A DNA stretch of 63,493 bases, counting the filler, from Octopus bimaculoides (taxonomy: Eukaryota): the NCBI RefSeq assembly GCF_001194135.2. It is 6 parts of 6 records of this genome, joined end to end, with 100 filler letters (N's around TTAATTAATTAA, not from the genome) between each part and the next. Parts side by side here need not be neighbours in the genome. Positions count along the whole stretch, not along the records: positions 56,514 to 61,501 come from NC_068983.1; positions 61,602 to 63,493 come from NC_068986.1; 4 more parts are not named here. One strand, given 5' to 3'. Shown here piece by piece: positions 60,926-63,493 of the stretch. Within the stretch, counting starts at the first letter, position 1. Each line of letters begins with the position of its first letter. The notes under the pieces were generated by a model. It ran no database searches, was not told the origin of the DNA, and saw only the letters and a program-made list of their open reading frames with translations. The position numbers were made by a program, and so were the translations under genes.

Positions 60926-61149
60926 ATTAAGCAGCTGAGTAGTCAGAGAGGTGATGGAGGGGGTGGATTTTAGGAAGATGATTAGCTGGGAACATTTGAC
61001 TGGTAGAGATTAAGTGTGTGGGGGATATATATATATATATATATTCAAATATATAGGAATTCTCTTACACCTAAAAACTGCAGCCAGCCCATGAACTAAC
61101 AACACATATATCTTGTGTCTATGCATTTAAATACACCATTTTGCACGTA

Positions 61150-61405
61150 AAATACACCATTTTGAGTGTGGCCGTTGCTAGTACAGCCTGACTAGCCCTC
61201 GTGCCGGTGGCATGTAAAAGCACCCACTACACTCTCGGAGTGGTTGGTGTTAGGAAGGACATCCAGCTGTAGAAACTCTGCCAAATCAGATTGGAGCCTG
61301 GTGCAGCCATCTGGTTCGCCAGTCCTCACTCAAATCATCCAACCCATGCGAGCATGGAAAGCGGACATTAAACGATGATGATGATGATGATGATGATGAT
61401 GATAT
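61150..61405 (+). mobile_element. Retroposon 3' end with (GAT)n tail
   Basis: CCAACCCATGCGAGCATGGAAAGCGGACATTAAACGATGATG; reverse matches at about 29485-29575 and 38175-38215, and a forward match at about 31505-31690. Confidence 0.75.
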
Positions 61406-61614
61406 ATATATATATATATATATGTAACAGAACTAAGTAGGCTATGTTCAAGTTGACCATTTAAATTTTGCCCAAAGATAGTGGAATTGCAAATATGATG
61501 ANNNNNNNNNNNNNNNNNNNNNNNNNNNNNNNNNNNNNNNNNNNNTTAATTAATTAANNNNNNNNNNNNNNNNNNNNNNNNNNNNNNNNNNNNNNNNNNN
61601 NATATATATATATA

Positions 61615-61765
61615 CGATTGGCTTCTTTCAATTTCCATTTACCAAATATAGTCGCAAGGCTCCGGTCGGCTCGAGGATATTGTAGAAGACACTTGCTGAA
61701 GTTTCCACGCTGTGGGACCGAACCTGGAACTATGTGGTTAGTAAGCCAGCTTCGTACCTCACTGC
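61615..61765 (-). mobile_element. SINE family 3
   Basis: Diverged match. Confidence 0.7.
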
Positions 61766-61772
61766 CGGGCAT

Positions 61773-62004
61773 GTTAAACTTTTAGAAATATAGAAAATTC
61801 CGAACTCAGGAGAATAGCTGAGGAAACAGCGTAGAGTAATTGGGAAAATAGACAAAAACAGTGTCCAGCAAGCCGCTAAAGGACCTGTGTTGTAGCTTGC
61901 TGACCACTTTTTTCCGTCTGCAAGGATATTCTACTCAGTCCTCTAAGCTGTTTTCTCAGATACTCTCCTGCATTCTAGGATTACTTCATTTCTAAAATAT
62001 GAAC
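61773..62004. repeat. Approximately 230-bp imperfect palindrome (foldback MITE-like)
   Basis: 61807-61836 vs 61941-61970 match 26/30 as inverted repeats; inner and outer arm segments also pair. Confidence 0.8.
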
Positions 62005-63294
62005 CCCTCGACGCTTCAATGATTATTGGTAAGAATGTTCTTCCATACATAGTTAATATTTATAAACAAACATACTCAAGTACAAAGACACATAGTTATA
62101 TATTCATATGTGTTTGATTGATAATTGTGTGTGTGTATCAACTATTATTCTTAGAGCAAACACAAACTCTTTATTAACAATTTTCTGACATAACTTCCCG
62201 AAACAATGATAATGTTTAATGTATGCCAAGTTACAATAGATGCATTATTTAAGTTTACATTTATCTACGAAAAACTACATCTATCTGTGTAATGCCTTGG
62301 AGAAATATGCCTCTTTAATAATGATAATGATATATTTTGACTTGATTCAAAGTTAGAGACTTCATAACGAACGCATGATTCCAATACTTAACGAACGATC
62401 AAAAAGATACCGAATCTAAATTGTATATAATTAAAACGCTACATACTGTTATTTTCTTTAATCACTTATCTTTATAAGCTGTGAATTTATGTATCTTCTA
62501 TATTTAATTATTTTGTTCCACAAGACAAATTTGTACTTTGATACTCTAAATGGTAATAAAAGAATTTTATTCAGTTCAAATTTATTTTATCTGCTTAGAC
62601 ATAATAGACAAGATACAATAATAATTGCAAGATTTGTTTTTAAAATTACCTGTTACAGATTTATTTCATTATCATGAAATCGATTGAACCAAGTACGCTG
62701 CTTATGATTTTATATGTGAAATAAAGTTATTAAACATTAATATAAAACCCAGAAGCATTGCAATCCTTTGCCAAGAAGCATTTTATCATTTTCATTAATA
62801 CATAATATATGTTGTTGGAATAGCTTCGCTTTATTCGTGATCAAAATACTTACGTTGTGTTGCTTCTATTTATACGCCAGCGTAGAGACTAGTCTGGGTA
62901 CATAGTTTACCGTGATGCAGAAGTTTAATTTGTTTCCAGATGACGAACATACATACGTACATTTTGCCAACAAGAAGAACACTAATGTACCACAGTGCAT
63001 TAGATACCTTGTGGATTCTATAAAGCCTCACTGAGCTCCCAGTTCCTCTACAACAACACGCAATAAACCAAAAGGATTACAAAACAGCTTATTTTCAATA
63101 ATCACAAGCTGCACACAGACCATAACCCATACACCAGCTATAAAATGAAACGAAAAAAAACACTTGAGTATTCAAGGGGTATATTTCGTTATCATATCAA
63201 ACTCTAACTCCAAACAAAACAGATCCTATGAACATATTCAAATTCGTTTAGGAACGAAACTAAAAGATTATATACACGAAGAATCAGATATATA

Positions 63295-63460
63295 GGCGCA
63301 GGAGTGGCTGTGTGTTAAGTAGCTTGCTTACCAACCACATGGTTCCGGGTCCAGTCCCACTGCGTGGGATTTGGGCAAGTGTCTTCTACTTATAGCCTCG
63401 GGCCGACCAAAGCTTTGTGAGTGGACTTGGTAGACGGAAACTGAAAGAAGCCCGTCGTAT
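63295..63460 (+). mobile_element. SINE family 3 (tRNA head plus CORE-like TTGGGCAAGTGTCTTCT)
   Basis: GGCGCAGGAGTGGCTGTGTG..AAG...GGTTCCGGGTCCAGTCCC...TTGGGCAAGTGTCTTCTACTTATAGCCTCGGG. Confidence 0.85.
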
Positions 63461-63493
63461 ATATGTATTTATATATATATATATGTATATATA

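Noticed and set aside
1-63493. CRISPR arrays, rRNA, prokaryotic operons
   Set aside because: No repeat-spacer periodicity or rRNA motifs; the sequence is intron-containing animal DNA.

Overview
Eukaryotic, repeat-rich, AT-rich scaffold with many N gaps and TTAATTAATTAA contig spacers. The SINE families and microsatellite load point to an octopus (O. bimaculoides-like) assembly; this is an inference. Two protein-coding genes are supported, and they converge tail-to-tail. (1) On + (11408-29047), a multi-exon gene that the ORF track misses: four LDL-receptor class A (LDLa) modules separated by lengthening Ser/Thr-rich spacers, then an exon starting a possibly PAN/Apple-like domain. Each LDLa module is split into an N-half exon (phase 1->2) and a C-half exon of exactly 71 nt (phase 2->1). 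Modules 1 and 2 share alignable introns, and there is an extra cryptic exon between A3 and B3. (2) On - (37691-35091), the 2601-nt last coding exon of a p130Cas/BCAR1-family gene, with ten YDxP motifs, a double RPLP, YDYV and the Cas C-terminal domain; its SH3 exon is not visible. The rest is transposon debris: mariner and maT transposons, MITEs, a Helitron, Gypsy-like, R4/Dong, RTE, CR1-like and Penelope fragments (one with a decayed hammerhead ribozyme), and several tRNA-derived SINE families. No CRISPR, rRNA or true tRNA gene was found. The most interesting system is the split-LDLa cassette array, whose uniform exon phases allow in-frame combinatorial (hybrid-module) splicing.
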